Below are positions 26,101 to 35,110 of a stretch of 43,424 bases of DNA, piece after piece. The DNA comes from an uncultured Actinomycetota bacterium (GTDB lineage Bacteria; Actinomycetota; Humimicrobiia; Humimicrobiales; Humimicrobiaceae). The notes below the pieces were generated by a model. It saw only the letters and a list, made by a program, of their open reading frames with translations, was not told the origin of the DNA and made no database searches. The position numbers were made by a program, and so were the translations under genes. The stretch is taken from NCBI GenBank assembly GCA_964578525.1, contig CAZODG010000002.1:1-43424 (forward strand), in the 5' to 3' direction. The first letter of the stretch is position 1, and each line of letters begins with the position of its first letter.

Positions 26101-26256
26101 ACCGTTTGCAGACGGGGGTCCCTCATAGAAGACAAACCTCTTCTTTCCTTCGGTTTTTTTCAGGCTTTTTTCAAAAATCTTGCTGCTTTTCCAGAAATCC
26201 AGGATCTTTTCTTCCAGCTTTACCAGGTTTACCTGACTGTCAACTTTTTTGAACAT
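23110..26256 (-). CDS. ileS: Isoleucyl-tRNA synthetase (long, type 2 form)
   Basis: 1048 aa. HIGH-type motif PSANGVPGVHH, KMSKS motif, and CP1 editing-domain features (WTTTPWTL). Confidence 0.97.
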   Translation of the reverse strand: MFKKVDSQVNLVKLEEKILDFWKSSKIFEKSLKKTEGKKRFVFYEGPPSANGVPGVHHVLSRVFKDIFPRYKTMKGYYVQRKAGWDTHGLPVEIEVEKQLKINSKKEIEEIGIEKFNSLCRQSVMKYEEDWKKLTERIGFWLDMDNAYFTFKNNYIETVWWILKTIWDKNLLYEDYKIVPYCPRCGTPLSSHETALGYSDVEDFSVIVKFPHAEKKNTFFLVWTTTPWTLISNVAGAVNKKSDYVEVEHKGENLILAKKLLTEVLGDGTGYKIVGDFKGSSLISSRYTPLYDYADGNSNAFKIIGGDFVSDGEGSGIVHIAPAFGEDDMNAGKENNLPVVQMVNEEGKFKEKVESFAGMGIEEANPKIIEDLKARSLLFSVKKIQHSYPFCWRCSSRLMYYAKKSWYIRTSQIKDDLLKSNEEVNWYPEYIKHGRFGKWLENNVDWALTRERYWGTPLPVWTDDNGHKICIGSIAELKEAAGTIPENLDLHRPYVDDIIIKCPQCGKDMKRVSEVIDVWFDSGSMPYAQFHYPFENKEIFKDNFPADFIAEAIDQTRGWFYTLLAISTLLFKKSCYKNVLCLELINDEDGQKMSKSKGNVIDPWEVLNKQGADALRWYFFTGVSPWLSKNFSSKAIDEGVRKFILTLWNTYSFFVIYANIDNFDPYGHDFEVGGRFEIDRWIISELHLTIKKVTELMDDFNVTESGRAIQDFTDVLSNWYVRRSRRRFWKSEEDKDKISAYKTLYECLVTISRLVAPFTPFLSDEIYKNLTGSFGKGEESVHLESYPAADESLIDKDLNFKMDTARKIVGLGRAVRSKVNIKIRQPIEKVLVYFDSDAKKKEAINHFKDVIASELNVREIEFAGGLEELVSYDIKPNLAFVGKKYGSLVPKIKDALLLENPVRTALKVKNEKNINLTVDGKKMELLPQEVLVDIKNKEGFGVETDGEFTVGLSTSISADLVEEGFCRELVHQIQNLRKEAGFQIENTIDTAMEPGIKEDVIKKFKNYIMKETLSKSLDPDFKDGMFVKEVKVNDVKIKIGIKVVGSIV

Positions 26257-26355
26257 AAATGGTACCCTTTTACATGCTTTTTATTTATAAAAAATGGCCC
26301 GGAACTTAATAAAAACTCCGCCGGGAAACTGTTTAATAGATTTTATATAATAAGT

Positions 26356-27156
26356 CTAATTTTGTATAGGGGAAATGTCTTTATTTTCGATAAGTCCCTC
26401 GAGGATTTTAGCCGATCTTACAGCCTGGGCCTTGTAGTGATTGTTGAAATATATGTATGTTTTTTTAGTTTTAGCCGCCACTTCTTTGACCCTTGGCACC
26501 CACTCGCTCAGTTCTTCCTTATTGTAAGAATAATCGTATCTCTGATATGAATATTTTGGGTTCCACCAGTTAAGTCCGTTTCTTCCGTGAAATCTTATAT
26601 AACCGGCATCGCTTGTGCAGATGCCTGTGGGAGGGAGGAGCCCTTCCAGCCCCGGCTCATCCACGTTGCAGAATCCTATATTCAGATTCTTTAAATGATC
26701 TATCGTTTCGTCGTTGAGCCAGCTTGCATGTCTGAATTCCGCACAGAGATCAAGTTCCTTGAAATTTTCCCTGATGCGGGTGAGATAATCACAGTTTGCC
26801 GCGCTGTATTTAAATGCCCATGGAAACTGCAGGAGCACCGGTCCCAGCCTGTTTTCTTCGACAAGCGGCTGCAGCGAATAGATGAACTTTCTTGTATCTT
26901 CTTCCTTTGAATCCCTTGTATGGGTGACGCTGCTGTGAGCCTTCACGGAAAAAACGAAATCCCCTTTGACTCTTTTTACCATGTTTTTGAATGTAGCAGG
27001 GTATGGAAGACGGTAATAAGTAAAATTTAGTTCAACTGTGTTGAATACAGTACCATAGAAGCTCAGCTGGTCCTTTTTGTCCAGTTCCACAGGATAAAAT
27101 TCGATGTTCCAATCTGCATAGCTGTATCCTGAAGTACCAACAAGAACATTTTCCAT
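26356..27156 (-). CDS. DUF72 (YecE-like) family protein
   Basis: GTSGYSYADW...FYP, FN.VE.N.TYY and LLQFP..F are characteristic DUF72 motifs. Confidence 0.85.
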   Translation of the reverse strand: MENVLVGTSGYSYADWNIEFYPVELDKKDQLSFYGTVFNTVELNFTYYRLPYPATFKNMVKRVKGDFVFSVKAHSSVTHTRDSKEEDTRKFIYSLQPLVEENRLGPVLLQFPWAFKYSAANCDYLTRIRENFKELDLCAEFRHASWLNDETIDHLKNLNIGFCNVDEPGLEGLLPPTGICTSDAGYIRFHGRNGLNWWNPKYSYQRYDYSYNKEELSEWVPRVKEVAAKTKKTYIYFNNHYKAQAVRSAKILEGLIENKDISPIQN

Positions 27157-27160
27157 TAAC

Positions 27161-27487
27161 TTATAAAAAGCTTGATATCTCAGTTAATATTTTATCTTTG
27201 GACATGACACCGATTAACTTTTTGGCTACTTCGCCATTCTTGAACAGCAGCAGTGTCGGAATGCTGCTTATGCTGTATTTCAAGGCGGTTTCTCTGTTAT
27301 TGTCGACGTTAAGTTTTCCGATTTTTAACTGCTCGCTTTTTTCTGCTGCCAGTTCTTCAAGCTCGGGGGTAATCATCTTGCATGGACCACACCATTCGGC
27401 CCAGAAATCCACCAGGACAGGTTTTTCTGATTCAATCACTTCACTGCTGAAATTAGAATCCGTTATTTGGGTAATTGCTTCGGACAT
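27161..27487 (-). CDS. trxA: Thioredoxin
   Basis: 108 aa with active site WAEWCGPCK. Confidence 0.95.
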   Translation of the reverse strand: MSEAITQITDSNFSSEVIESEKPVLVDFWAEWCGPCKMITPELEELAAEKSEQLKIGKLNVDNNRETALKYSISSIPTLLLFKNGEVAKKLIGVMSKDKILTEISSFL

Positions 27488-27522
27488 TTTTTCCTTTCTT
27501 CGTTATTATTACAAATAAGAGA

Positions 27523-27783
27523 TCATAGATATTCTATCATCTCTATTTTCTCCACATTTATAAATACAATATCCCTTTTGGTATTGTTCCCTTCTTCCAT
27601 AACCTTTCCAATCTCACTAATATACTGCACTTCCGCATTACTTACCGGTATGAATTTATTTTTCTGGGAGGTTATGTAATCACTCAGCCTTCCAGCCGCC
27701 AGAGTGAAGATTGTACCTCTGACAATAGAAGACTCCGTCTTAATCTTTACTTTCACTTTTTGTTTTTCGATTTTCATTTGCAT
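27523..27783 (-). CDS. Hypothetical small protein
   Basis: 86-aa ORF immediately upstream of trxA on the same strand. No family recognised. Confidence 0.5.
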   Translation of the reverse strand: MQMKIEKQKVKVKIKTESSIVRGTIFTLAAGRLSDYITSQKNKFIPVSNAEVQYISEIGKVMEEGNNTKRDIVFINVEKIEMIEYL

Positions 27784-28038
27784 GACTTTAGGACCTCCGT
27801 TTATGATTCTTAAATGATATTATCAGAGCCGTTTTTTTTAGTCAATAAAATGGACATATTTTGCTTTACAAAGCGGCGTCGCAGCCATTTAAAAAAATAT
27901 TGCTGTTATTTTTATGATACAAGATCATCATACCCCGAACTAATTTTTATTATAGATTTATTAAATATGTATTGAATTTATATGGCAATATACTATAATA
28001 ACCTATAATAACCGAATATCAATCTTAAAGGAGGCAAA

Positions 28039-28314
28039 ATGTATAAATGTCTGGAGTGTGGGAATACCTATAAGTTCGTTGGAACCGTAAGAGAGGAAGG
28101 AAATGCTTTCATTTACCAGAATTCCCCGGATAAGGATGTGAATAAGTGCAAGGAAAAGGAAAAAAATAAGTATAACGATAACGGAACGGACACTGATAAA
28201 GTTATTATGGACTGTCTCACATGGGCCTTTTTAACTTCGGACGGCCAGTGGAAATGCTCACATAACGTAACCAGATGTTTTTACTGCAAATCAAAAAAAA
28301 TAGGACAATTCTGA
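28039..28314 (+). CDS. Hypothetical zinc-ribbon protein
   Basis: CLECG near the N-terminus and CFYCKS near the C-terminus. SD aaaggagg before the ATG. Confidence 0.55.
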   Translation: MYKCLECGNTYKFVGTVREEGNAFIYQNSPDKDVNKCKEKEKNKYNDNGTDTDKVIMDCLTWAFLTSDGQWKCSHNVTRCFYCKSKKIGQF

Positions 28315-28327
28315 CAGCTGTGAAATA

Positions 28328-29080
28328 TCAATCAGGAATTTGTTTTCCGGGTGATTTATTCTCTTTTAATGTTTCTCTCACCAGTCTGCTTGCCCTGAAT
28401 AGAGATTCAAAGGTACCTGCATCGGTCCACCATTCTTTAAGAACAGAATAGGTCATTGTACCTCTCCCGATGTACTCATTATTGACATCGGTTATTTCAA
28501 GTTCGCCTCTTCCTGAAGGTTTCAGGGTCTCCGTTATTTCGAATACATCACTATCATACATATAAAGACCTGCAACTGCGTAATTGCTTTTTGGTTTTTG
28601 GGGTTTCTCTTCGATATTTATTACTCTGTCCCCCTCGATTTCGGCAACTCCGAACCTTTCCGGATCACTGACTTCCTTTAAGAATATTTTTGCTCCCCTG
28701 TCCTGTCTCTCGAATTCATTTACTGCATTCGATATATCATCTCCGATTATATTATCACCGAGTATTACAACCATTTTATCTTTATCGATAAAATTCTCTG
28801 CTAATTTCAGGGCATCGGCTATACCGCCTTCTCCTTCCTGATATGTATAGCTTATATCCTTGAGCCCGAATCCCTTTCCATTACCCAAAAGTCTTAAAAA
28901 ATCTCCTGCATTATTACCGCCGGTGACTATCATTATGTCTTTAAGTCCCGCATTTACCAGGGTCCTTAAAGGGTAATAAATCATCGGCTTATCATATACC
29001 GGAAGCAAATGTTTGTTGGTGACTTTGGTACACGGCATAAGGCGTGTTCCAAGCCCCCCTGCCAGTATTACCCCTTTCAT
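28328..29080 (-). CDS. Sugar-phosphate nucleotidyltransferase (glucose-1-phosphate thymidylyltransferase-like, short form)
   Basis: MKGVILAGGLGTRLMP.TK...KHLLPVYDKPMIYYPL is the canonical NTP_transferase N-terminus. Confidence 0.85.
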   Translation of the reverse strand: MKGVILAGGLGTRLMPCTKVTNKHLLPVYDKPMIYYPLRTLVNAGLKDIMIVTGGNNAGDFLRLLGNGKGFGLKDISYTYQEGEGGIADALKLAENFIDKDKMVVILGDNIIGDDISNAVNEFERQDRGAKIFLKEVSDPERFGVAEIEGDRVINIEEKPQKPKSNYAVAGLYMYDSDVFEITETLKPSGRGELEITDVNNEYIGRGTMTYSVLKEWWTDAGTFESLFRASRLVRETLKENKSPGKQIPD

Positions 29081-29116
29081 AATTTATATATTCACTCTCC
29101 TTTGGATAGTTGGATA

Positions 29117-30106
29117 TTATATAAATCTCTTTATAATATAAAAAACAAAAGTTGCCGCTGAAAGTACCACGCAGTATACGGCAAATATGTTTAAATTCTT
29201 TCTTTTAGCAAGATAAACAAGGAATTTTATGGCAAGCATTCCTGCAAGATAAGCAAAGAAGAACCCCGCTAAAAGATTTAGTACAATATTCAGACCGCCC
29301 TTATAAATAACACCGTAGGAATGATAAATTTCGAATATAAATGTACCAAAAATAATCGGAACAGAGAGTAGAAAAGAAAACCTGACTGCTTCGCTTCTCT
29401 TTACCCCAAAAAATCGGGCAAAAGATATGGTGGATCCTGATCTTGAAATTCCCGGTAAAATGGCAATGGCCTGTCCTATCCCGGTCATAAATGCAATTAA
29501 AAAATTGAATCTTACTTTTTTTACACTGCCGTCTTCAACCTCAGTTTCCCTGATTAGCTCGCTCCCGGATCCGCTACCCATGGCTGCTTCGCTCCTGCCG
29601 TAAGGATACCCTCGATGACGGCTGCCCCATCTGTCCCGCCTATTTCGCATATCGCTCTTATCCTGATTGCTGGCAGGCCCCCCTTCGATTCGGCTGCCCC
29701 TCCGTTCACCCAGCCATAGAATAAGTGCAGTAACCAATAAAAATGCTGCGACTACCAGAGGGCTGCTGAACAAATTATCCACATATTCATTTAGAAAATA
29801 TCCTGCAGCAGCAGCGGGGATACTTGCCACAATCAAAAGAATTCCCAGCTTGAAACTGGTCGTGGCCCTCTCGCTCCTTTTAAAAATCCCCAGGATCACC
29901 GCTCTAATTATCCTGTAAATCTCCCTGTGGAAAATGGTGACCACCGCGGCAAGTGTGGCGAAATGAACCGTTACCGTAAAGTATAGAGGAGGATAATCCC
30001 AGTTAAAAAAATATGGGATGATTACAAGATGACCCGAACTGCTTATGGGGAAAAACTCAGCAACACCCTGAATTATGCCTAAAACAATTGACTGTATTAT
30101 ATTCAA
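29117..30106 (-). CDS. uppP: Undecaprenyl-diphosphate phosphatase, carrying an internal hydrophilic insertion
   Basis: VAEFFPISSSGHL and LPGISRSGSTI motifs. 329 aa, against roughly 270-280 aa for typical BacA/UppP. Confidence 0.9.
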   Translation of the reverse strand: MNIIQSIVLGIIQGVAEFFPISSSGHLVIIPYFFNWDYPPLYFTVTVHFATLAAVVTIFHREIYRIIRAVILGIFKRSERATTSFKLGILLIVASIPAAAAGYFLNEYVDNLFSSPLVVAAFLLVTALILWLGERRGSRIEGGPASNQDKSDMRNRRDRWGSRHRGYPYGRSEAAMGSGSGSELIRETEVEDGSVKKVRFNFLIAFMTGIGQAIAILPGISRSGSTISFARFFGVKRSEAVRFSFLLSVPIIFGTFIFEIYHSYGVIYKGGLNIVLNLLAGFFFAYLAGMLAIKFLVYLAKRKNLNIFAVYCVVLSAATFVFYIIKRFI

Positions 30107-30191
30107 CTTATATAATTGTAAAAATTTTGTTTAAATAATATATAATTGATTTTTAAATATAGCATAAAATAATTAAAAATAAAAAATCGTT

Positions 30192-30692
30192 ATGAACTCA
30201 TCAAATTTTTGGGAATTTTTAGCTCCACGGTTAGCAACATTTTTTACGGCTATGATACCCATCGGTGAACTCCGTGCATCCATCCCTATTGCGCTTTCAA
30301 CATATGGGATGAATATTTATGAGACCTTCATAATATCGGTGATAGGAAATATGATCCCGGTAATTGCCATACTGTGGATCCTCGACCCGGTATCGAAATT
30401 TCTTATGAAGAGATTTAATTGGGCCATAAGATTTTTTAACTGGCTCTTCAGTTATACCCGAAGGCACCACTCAAAAAGATTCGAAAGATATGAGGGTTTT
30501 GCGCTGGCAGGATTTGTAGCAATTCCCCTCCCTATTACGGGCGGCGTGACAGGGTCACTGATTGCATTCGTTTTCGGCATACCCCCAAAAAGAGCCTTGC
30601 TGCATATATTTATCGGAGTATTGATTGCCGGTGTGATTGTAACCACGATATACCAGACAGTTGGTTACGTAAGATTTATAATTGCAGGTTGA
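30192..30692 (+). CDS. Small multidrug-export-like membrane protein (COG2426 family)
   Basis: IPIGELRASIPIAL motif and four predicted TM segments. Confidence 0.7.
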   Translation: MNSSNFWEFLAPRLATFFTAMIPIGELRASIPIALSTYGMNIYETFIISVIGNMIPVIAILWILDPVSKFLMKRFNWAIRFFNWLFSYTRRHHSKRFERYEGFALAGFVAIPLPITGGVTGSLIAFVFGIPPKRALLHIFIGVLIAGVIVTTIYQTVGYVRFIIAG

Positions 30693-30698
30693 ATAGCA

Positions 30699-32114
30699 CT
30701 ATTTACCGCTTATCATTATATCGCTTACCAGAAGCGAGGGGCTCCCCATATATCCTGCAGCGGGAATAAATCTGAGGTCATTTCCTATCTTTTTAATGCT
30801 CCTGCAGAAACTTAAAATATCGGTTGCAATGGTTACTTCCTTAACCGGCTGCTTGAAGCTTCCGTTTTCTATCCAGATTCCTTTGGCTCCCATACTCATC
30901 TGTCCTGAAATGGGATTTACGCCGGAGTGCAGCCCTATTATATCTATGATATAAAATCCGCTGCCCACCTCACTCAGCAGCGTGTCAAAACAGGTATCCG
31001 AAGGTTCCATGTAAAAATTTGAAATACCCACCTCAGGCGTGGACCGGTAAGAAGCCCTTACGGCATTACCCGTTGAGTGGGTTTTGTCTTTTCTTGCGGT
31101 ATAGGTATTATATAGATAAGTTTTAAGATACCCATCTTCGAACACACTGGTTTTACCCTTTATGATCCCTTCCCCGTCAAAGGGCCTTGATGATAAGCCA
31201 TCGGGAAGGGTCCCGTCATCGAATACATTTACCCCTATAGAAAATATCTTCTGACCCACTTTTCCTTCAAAAAGTGATTTTCTTTTTTGTACAGAATCCG
31301 CAGTCAGGCACCCGGCAACGACACCCAGCAGCTGGGCCGAAACAACCGGATCCAGCAGGAGATCCGCTCTCTGTGATTTTATTTTCTCCCCTCCGAGGAC
31401 CGAGACGGAGCGGTTTGCCGCTTTCCCGGCAATTTCTTCCAGATCAAGACGGGAAGGTTCACGGGCGCAGCCAAAAAAATCACCGGTTGAAGTGTCTCCT
31501 TCCTGTTTGGAGATCGCACTTACATAAATCAAACATGCAGTTGTTTTATATTTATCGCAGAATCCGGCAGAATTCAAAATTGCCGTTTCGTAAATACTGT
31601 CATGATACCCGACGCTGTCGATATCGACGATTCTTGCATCCTTGCTTTTGGTCAGGACCTCAAGCTTTTTTGCTATCTCGATTTTACTTTCTATGCTGTA
31701 ATCGAGAAAATTCTCATGGAAAAGCGACCTGTCATCTATTAATTTCTTTTTGTAAACAGATTCTTCTTCCACGGGCAAATAATTATAATCATCGCTGCTC
31801 GTGATCCTTGCATTGGCTACCGCATTTCTGATACAGTCTTCTATGCTGCTTTCTTCAAGAACGGTCGTATATGCGTATCCGATCGACCTGTCCTTAAAAA
31901 TCCTTATACCCACTCCGATGGAATCCGAAAACGACAGTGTTTCCACTTTTCCCTTAAAGATCTCTATTTCATTTTCCACCGAACTTGCCGCAAAAATCTC
32001 AAACTCATCCACCTTATGCTTATTTATCTTCAGAGCGGCATCCTTGCAAATGTCGATTAATTCGCTGCCTCTGATTTTATATCTTTTGTTATCCTGCATA
32101 TTTTTATCCTGCAT
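30699..32114 (-). CDS. pmbA: TldD/PmbA-family metalloprotease subunit (PmbA-like, lacks HExxxH)
   Basis: Family-typical C-terminus (G.YI....G.H.G.N..SG..S..A.G..IENG). Adjacent to tldD with a 2-nt gap. Confidence 0.85.
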   Translation of the reverse strand: MQDKNMQDNKRYKIRGSELIDICKDAALKINKHKVDEFEIFAASSVENEIEIFKGKVETLSFSDSIGVGIRIFKDRSIGYAYTTVLEESSIEDCIRNAVANARITSSDDYNYLPVEEESVYKKKLIDDRSLFHENFLDYSIESKIEIAKKLEVLTKSKDARIVDIDSVGYHDSIYETAILNSAGFCDKYKTTACLIYVSAISKQEGDTSTGDFFGCAREPSRLDLEEIAGKAANRSVSVLGGEKIKSQRADLLLDPVVSAQLLGVVAGCLTADSVQKRKSLFEGKVGQKIFSIGVNVFDDGTLPDGLSSRPFDGEGIIKGKTSVFEDGYLKTYLYNTYTARKDKTHSTGNAVRASYRSTPEVGISNFYMEPSDTCFDTLLSEVGSGFYIIDIIGLHSGVNPISGQMSMGAKGIWIENGSFKQPVKEVTIATDILSFCRSIKKIGNDLRFIPAAGYMGSPSLLVSDIMISGK

Positions 32115-32116
32115 AT

Positions 32117-33502
32117 TTAGTCCTTTATGCCTCCCACGGTGATCTTCTCAACTTTTATTGTAGGCTGGCCAACTTCGTTTGAAACCAGCTGGTCATTCTT
32201 CCCGCAGAATCCGGGTGCAAAATCCAGATTGTTTCCTACCGCTTCGATCCTTTTTAAAACTTCCGGACCGTTCCCTATTATGGTGGTATCTTTTATAGGA
32301 AAACTTATTTTGCCATTCTCTATAAGGTAGCCTTCGCTTATCCCGAATACAAAATCTCCCGTTGCCGGATCGACCTGTCCGCCGGCAAATTCCTTTGCGT
32401 ATATGCCTCTACTAACGGATCTTATAATCGAATCCGGATCTTCATCGCCGCTGTCAATAAAAGTGTTGCTCATTCTCGGAAATGGGACATTCCTAAAGGA
32501 TTGCCTTCGTCCATTTCCGGTTTGCTTTGCGTTTAATTTTTTGGATGTCCGGAGGTCGTAAATATAATTTTGTAAAATTCCGTCTTTTATAAGTACGGTC
32601 CGGCTGGAAGGAAAACCTTCCCCGTCGAATTTATAAGAACCCCAGCGGTATTTCAGCGTAGAATCATCGATTGCGGTCACTATCTCGCTTGCAATCTTTT
32701 TCCCTACTTTATCCTTGAAAATAGAAGCATTCTTAAGCACTGCATCTGCTTCAAGCCCGTGACCGCATGCTTCGTGAAAAATAACACCGCCAAAGGCCGG
32801 CCCTATCACTACGGGGAGTTCACCTGCAGGGGCACCCACTGCATCAAGCATATTTACAGCAATCCTTGAAGCTTCGAGGGCAAGGTCCGCCGGATTCTTG
32901 AAATCAAATGCTTCATAACCGCTTGACCTTGCAAGCGATTTATAACCTGTCCTTATATCCTTCCCTCTTCTGGCTACCACATTTACTGCCAGAAAAATCT
33001 TTACTATTTTTTCGGATGAAAAGGAACCATAAGAATTTGCAATATACGACTCTTCCGCGGTATCGGAAAGAGTGGATGTGACCTGAATTACAGCAGTATT
33101 AAAATCTCTGGCACTCCGGTCGGCAAGCTCAAGAGTATCTTTCCTCGCATCTGATTGAATGCTGCCAGGAGGTTTTTTTATATCTATGGCATAAGAACTT
33201 TTAGTTTCGGTAAGATCCAGAACTTTAAGGGAACTGGTTCCGTTTATTGCAGAACTTAAGATTTTTGCCGCATTGATTAATTTGCTTTCTTCAAGCGAAT
33301 CCACATAGGCATAAAAAGTGCTGTCTCCAACCCATAATCTCAGTCCACAACCTAATTCATAACCGCTGCTGGAGTTTTCGATCTTGCTGTCTTCCAGCCG
33401 TAAATTATTAAAAGCCCTTTTTTGAATAAATATTTCCGAAAAATCGGCGCCATTTCCCAGTAATATATTTAAAATCTTTTTAGTGAGTCGATTCTCAATC
33501 AA
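32117..33502 (-). CDS. tldD: TldD metalloprotease subunit
   Basis: Contains HEACGHGLEAD (HExxxH) and a TldD-type C-terminus. Confidence 0.9.
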   Translation of the reverse strand: MIENRLTKKILNILLGNGADFSEIFIQKRAFNNLRLEDSKIENSSSGYELGCGLRLWVGDSTFYAYVDSLEESKLINAAKILSSAINGTSSLKVLDLTETKSSYAIDIKKPPGSIQSDARKDTLELADRSARDFNTAVIQVTSTLSDTAEESYIANSYGSFSSEKIVKIFLAVNVVARRGKDIRTGYKSLARSSGYEAFDFKNPADLALEASRIAVNMLDAVGAPAGELPVVIGPAFGGVIFHEACGHGLEADAVLKNASIFKDKVGKKIASEIVTAIDDSTLKYRWGSYKFDGEGFPSSRTVLIKDGILQNYIYDLRTSKKLNAKQTGNGRRQSFRNVPFPRMSNTFIDSGDEDPDSIIRSVSRGIYAKEFAGGQVDPATGDFVFGISEGYLIENGKISFPIKDTTIIGNGPEVLKRIEAVGNNLDFAPGFCGKNDQLVSNEVGQPTIKVEKITVGGIKD

Positions 33503-33520
33503 TATGATCCAATTCCCTGT

Positions 33521-33922
33521 CTATGAGAGGTCTTTCTTAACTTTCTTTGCGGTATCTTTTCCCTTTTCAATAACTTTACTTATCTTTTTTTTAGCTTCTT
33601 CGGCTCTGGAACCAACAACCTTTGAAATATCCACGATTTTTTCTTTGCTTTTTTCGACGAATTCTTCGCCCCTGCTTTTCATTTCTGCAAGTTTTACTTT
33701 GCCCATATCAACATATTCCTTTGTTCTTCCCATGACCGTGTCGAGGCTTTCTTTACTTTTTTCTATCAGCTCTTCGCTTTTTTCCATTAGCTGCTGTCTG
33801 GTTTCTTTCCCTGATTTGGGAGCAAGCAATATTCCTGCAATAAAACCCACAGATATTCCTACCACAAGTGCGGTGAATATTCCCAGCGCATTACTTTTAC
33901 CATTGTTTTTTTCCATATTCAT
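33521..33922 (-). CDS. YtxH-domain protein
   Basis: N-terminal anchor plus LLAPKSGKETRQQL motif, followed by charged coiled-coil sequence. Confidence 0.75.
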   Translation of the reverse strand: MNMEKNNGKSNALGIFTALVVGISVGFIAGILLAPKSGKETRQQLMEKSEELIEKSKESLDTVMGRTKEYVDMGKVKLAEMKSRGEEFVEKSKEKIVDISKVVGSRAEEAKKKISKVIEKGKDTAKKVKKDLS

Positions 33923-34302
33923 TCTTTTCCCTCCTTGTTTTTATCTTCAGCATTGGCTTTTGATTTCGAAAGACCGCTTATCAAACCAGCTGAAGCGCTT
34001 ATTATTTTAATTATCGGACTTGTTACCATTATCCTCGCAAGTCTTATAACCTTTTCCAGCTGCTCGACTATCGAACTGATGCTCTGCGTAAGATCCGCTA
34101 TCGAACTGATTTCGGTATTAAGACCCCCTACTGCATCATTTAGTTTCTCCGCAGCCGGGATGATGCTTTCATTTAATTTTTCCGCCATGAATTTAACTTT
34201 ATTTATCAACTTGAATAAAGGAACAGCAATAATTATCCCTACTATCGCAAAAGCAGAAATCAAGATTATTGAAATAATGCCAACTATTTCTAACGGTGTC
34301 AT
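33919..34302 (-). CDS. DUF948-like membrane-anchored protein
   Basis: N-terminal TM followed by helical L/N/E-rich sequence. The 4-nt overlap with the YtxH gene is a commonly seen pairing. Confidence 0.65.
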   Translation of the reverse strand: MTPLEIVGIISIILISAFAIVGIIIAVPLFKLINKVKFMAEKLNESIIPAAEKLNDAVGGLNTEISSIADLTQSISSIVEQLEKVIRLARIMVTSPIIKIISASAGLISGLSKSKANAEDKNKEGKE

Positions 34303-34445
34303 AATTACCCCTTGAACTTTTTATAAAAATATCAATTAACATTATATATATTTTGTTTATTTTATTCAAAAAATAAAAGATTTAATCTATAATAAACTAT
34401 CAATAAATCACCGGACAATACTTAATTAAAAGTGAGGGAAAAAAT

Positions 34446-35024
34446 ATGAAATTTAAAACACCGGCCATCAGTATGCTGATAACAGGCATAATATCGATAT
34501 TTATGATTTTCGCACTTTTTGCCTGCACTCCAATAGAGAGTAAAAAAATAGATGTCGATGACGATGTCAACAAAGACGAGGTCAGGGAGCTTGAAGAATC
34601 GGAAGAAGAAATTGCAATAGTTGATTATACTAATGCCCAATTTGGAGCGGAAATAAATGGTTACATTCCTTTTTTCTTATGTACGGATAATGATAATTAT
34701 ATAAAAATAGAAATTACTAATACTTCCGATTTTACCTGGCAAAGCGATGGAAAAAATCCGGTTAGAGTAGGCTATCATTACTTTGGTCAGGATGTTGATT
34801 ATTCGGAGTATGATAATAACTCAAGGACCGCTTTCCCCAATGATGTGGAACCCGGTGAAACTGTTACCGTAGAGGTACTTATAAACGATATAACCAATAA
34901 AGGCATATACGTGGTCCAGATCGACCTTGTCCTCGAAGGATATTCCTGGTTTTCCGGAAAAGATATCCCTGTTCTTCAAAGTAACGTATATTTTAGCACA
35001 TGCGGGGATGGGTTCGAATCTTAG
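34446..35024 (+). CDS. Hypothetical lipoprotein
   Basis: Signal peptide with lipobox LFAC, an acidic linker, then an unassigned domain of about 130 aa. Confidence 0.55.
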   Translation: MKFKTPAISMLITGIISIFMIFALFACTPIESKKIDVDDDVNKDEVRELEESEEEIAIVDYTNAQFGAEINGYIPFFLCTDNDNYIKIEITNTSDFTWQSDGKNPVRVGYHYFGQDVDYSEYDNNSRTAFPNDVEPGETVTVEVLINDITNKGIYVVQIDLVLEGYSWFSGKDIPVLQSNVYFSTCGDGFES

Positions 35025-35110
35025 TGAAAATGTCCAACATTTAACCTGCACTTTAAGATTTTAGATTATAGAGACAGCCGTTAACCTGTATTTATTGGCC
35101 GGTATGCAGA

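Noticed and set aside
26257-26355. T-box or other leader upstream of ileS
   Set aside because: Only about 99 nt are available, and they are largely taken up by a weak terminator-like hairpin of the upstream DUF72 gene. I could see no specifier-loop or T-box sequence (AGGGTGGNACCGCG-like).
25960-26550. 196-aa plus-strand ORF spanning the ileS start and the DUF72 gene end
   Set aside because: It is antisense to two confidently assigned genes and crosses their intergenic terminator. It is a shadow ORF.
31274-32142. Plus-strand ORFs 31274..31804 and 31801..32142 inside pmbA
   Set aside because: They are antisense to a conserved TldD/PmbA-family gene. The Arg/Pro-rich composition is typical of a reverse frame.
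33483-34315. Plus-strand ORFs 33483..34010 and 33935..34315
   Set aside because: They are antisense to the YtxH and DUF948 genes. The Ser/Leu/Phe-rich sequence is the mirror image of K/E-rich coding sequence.
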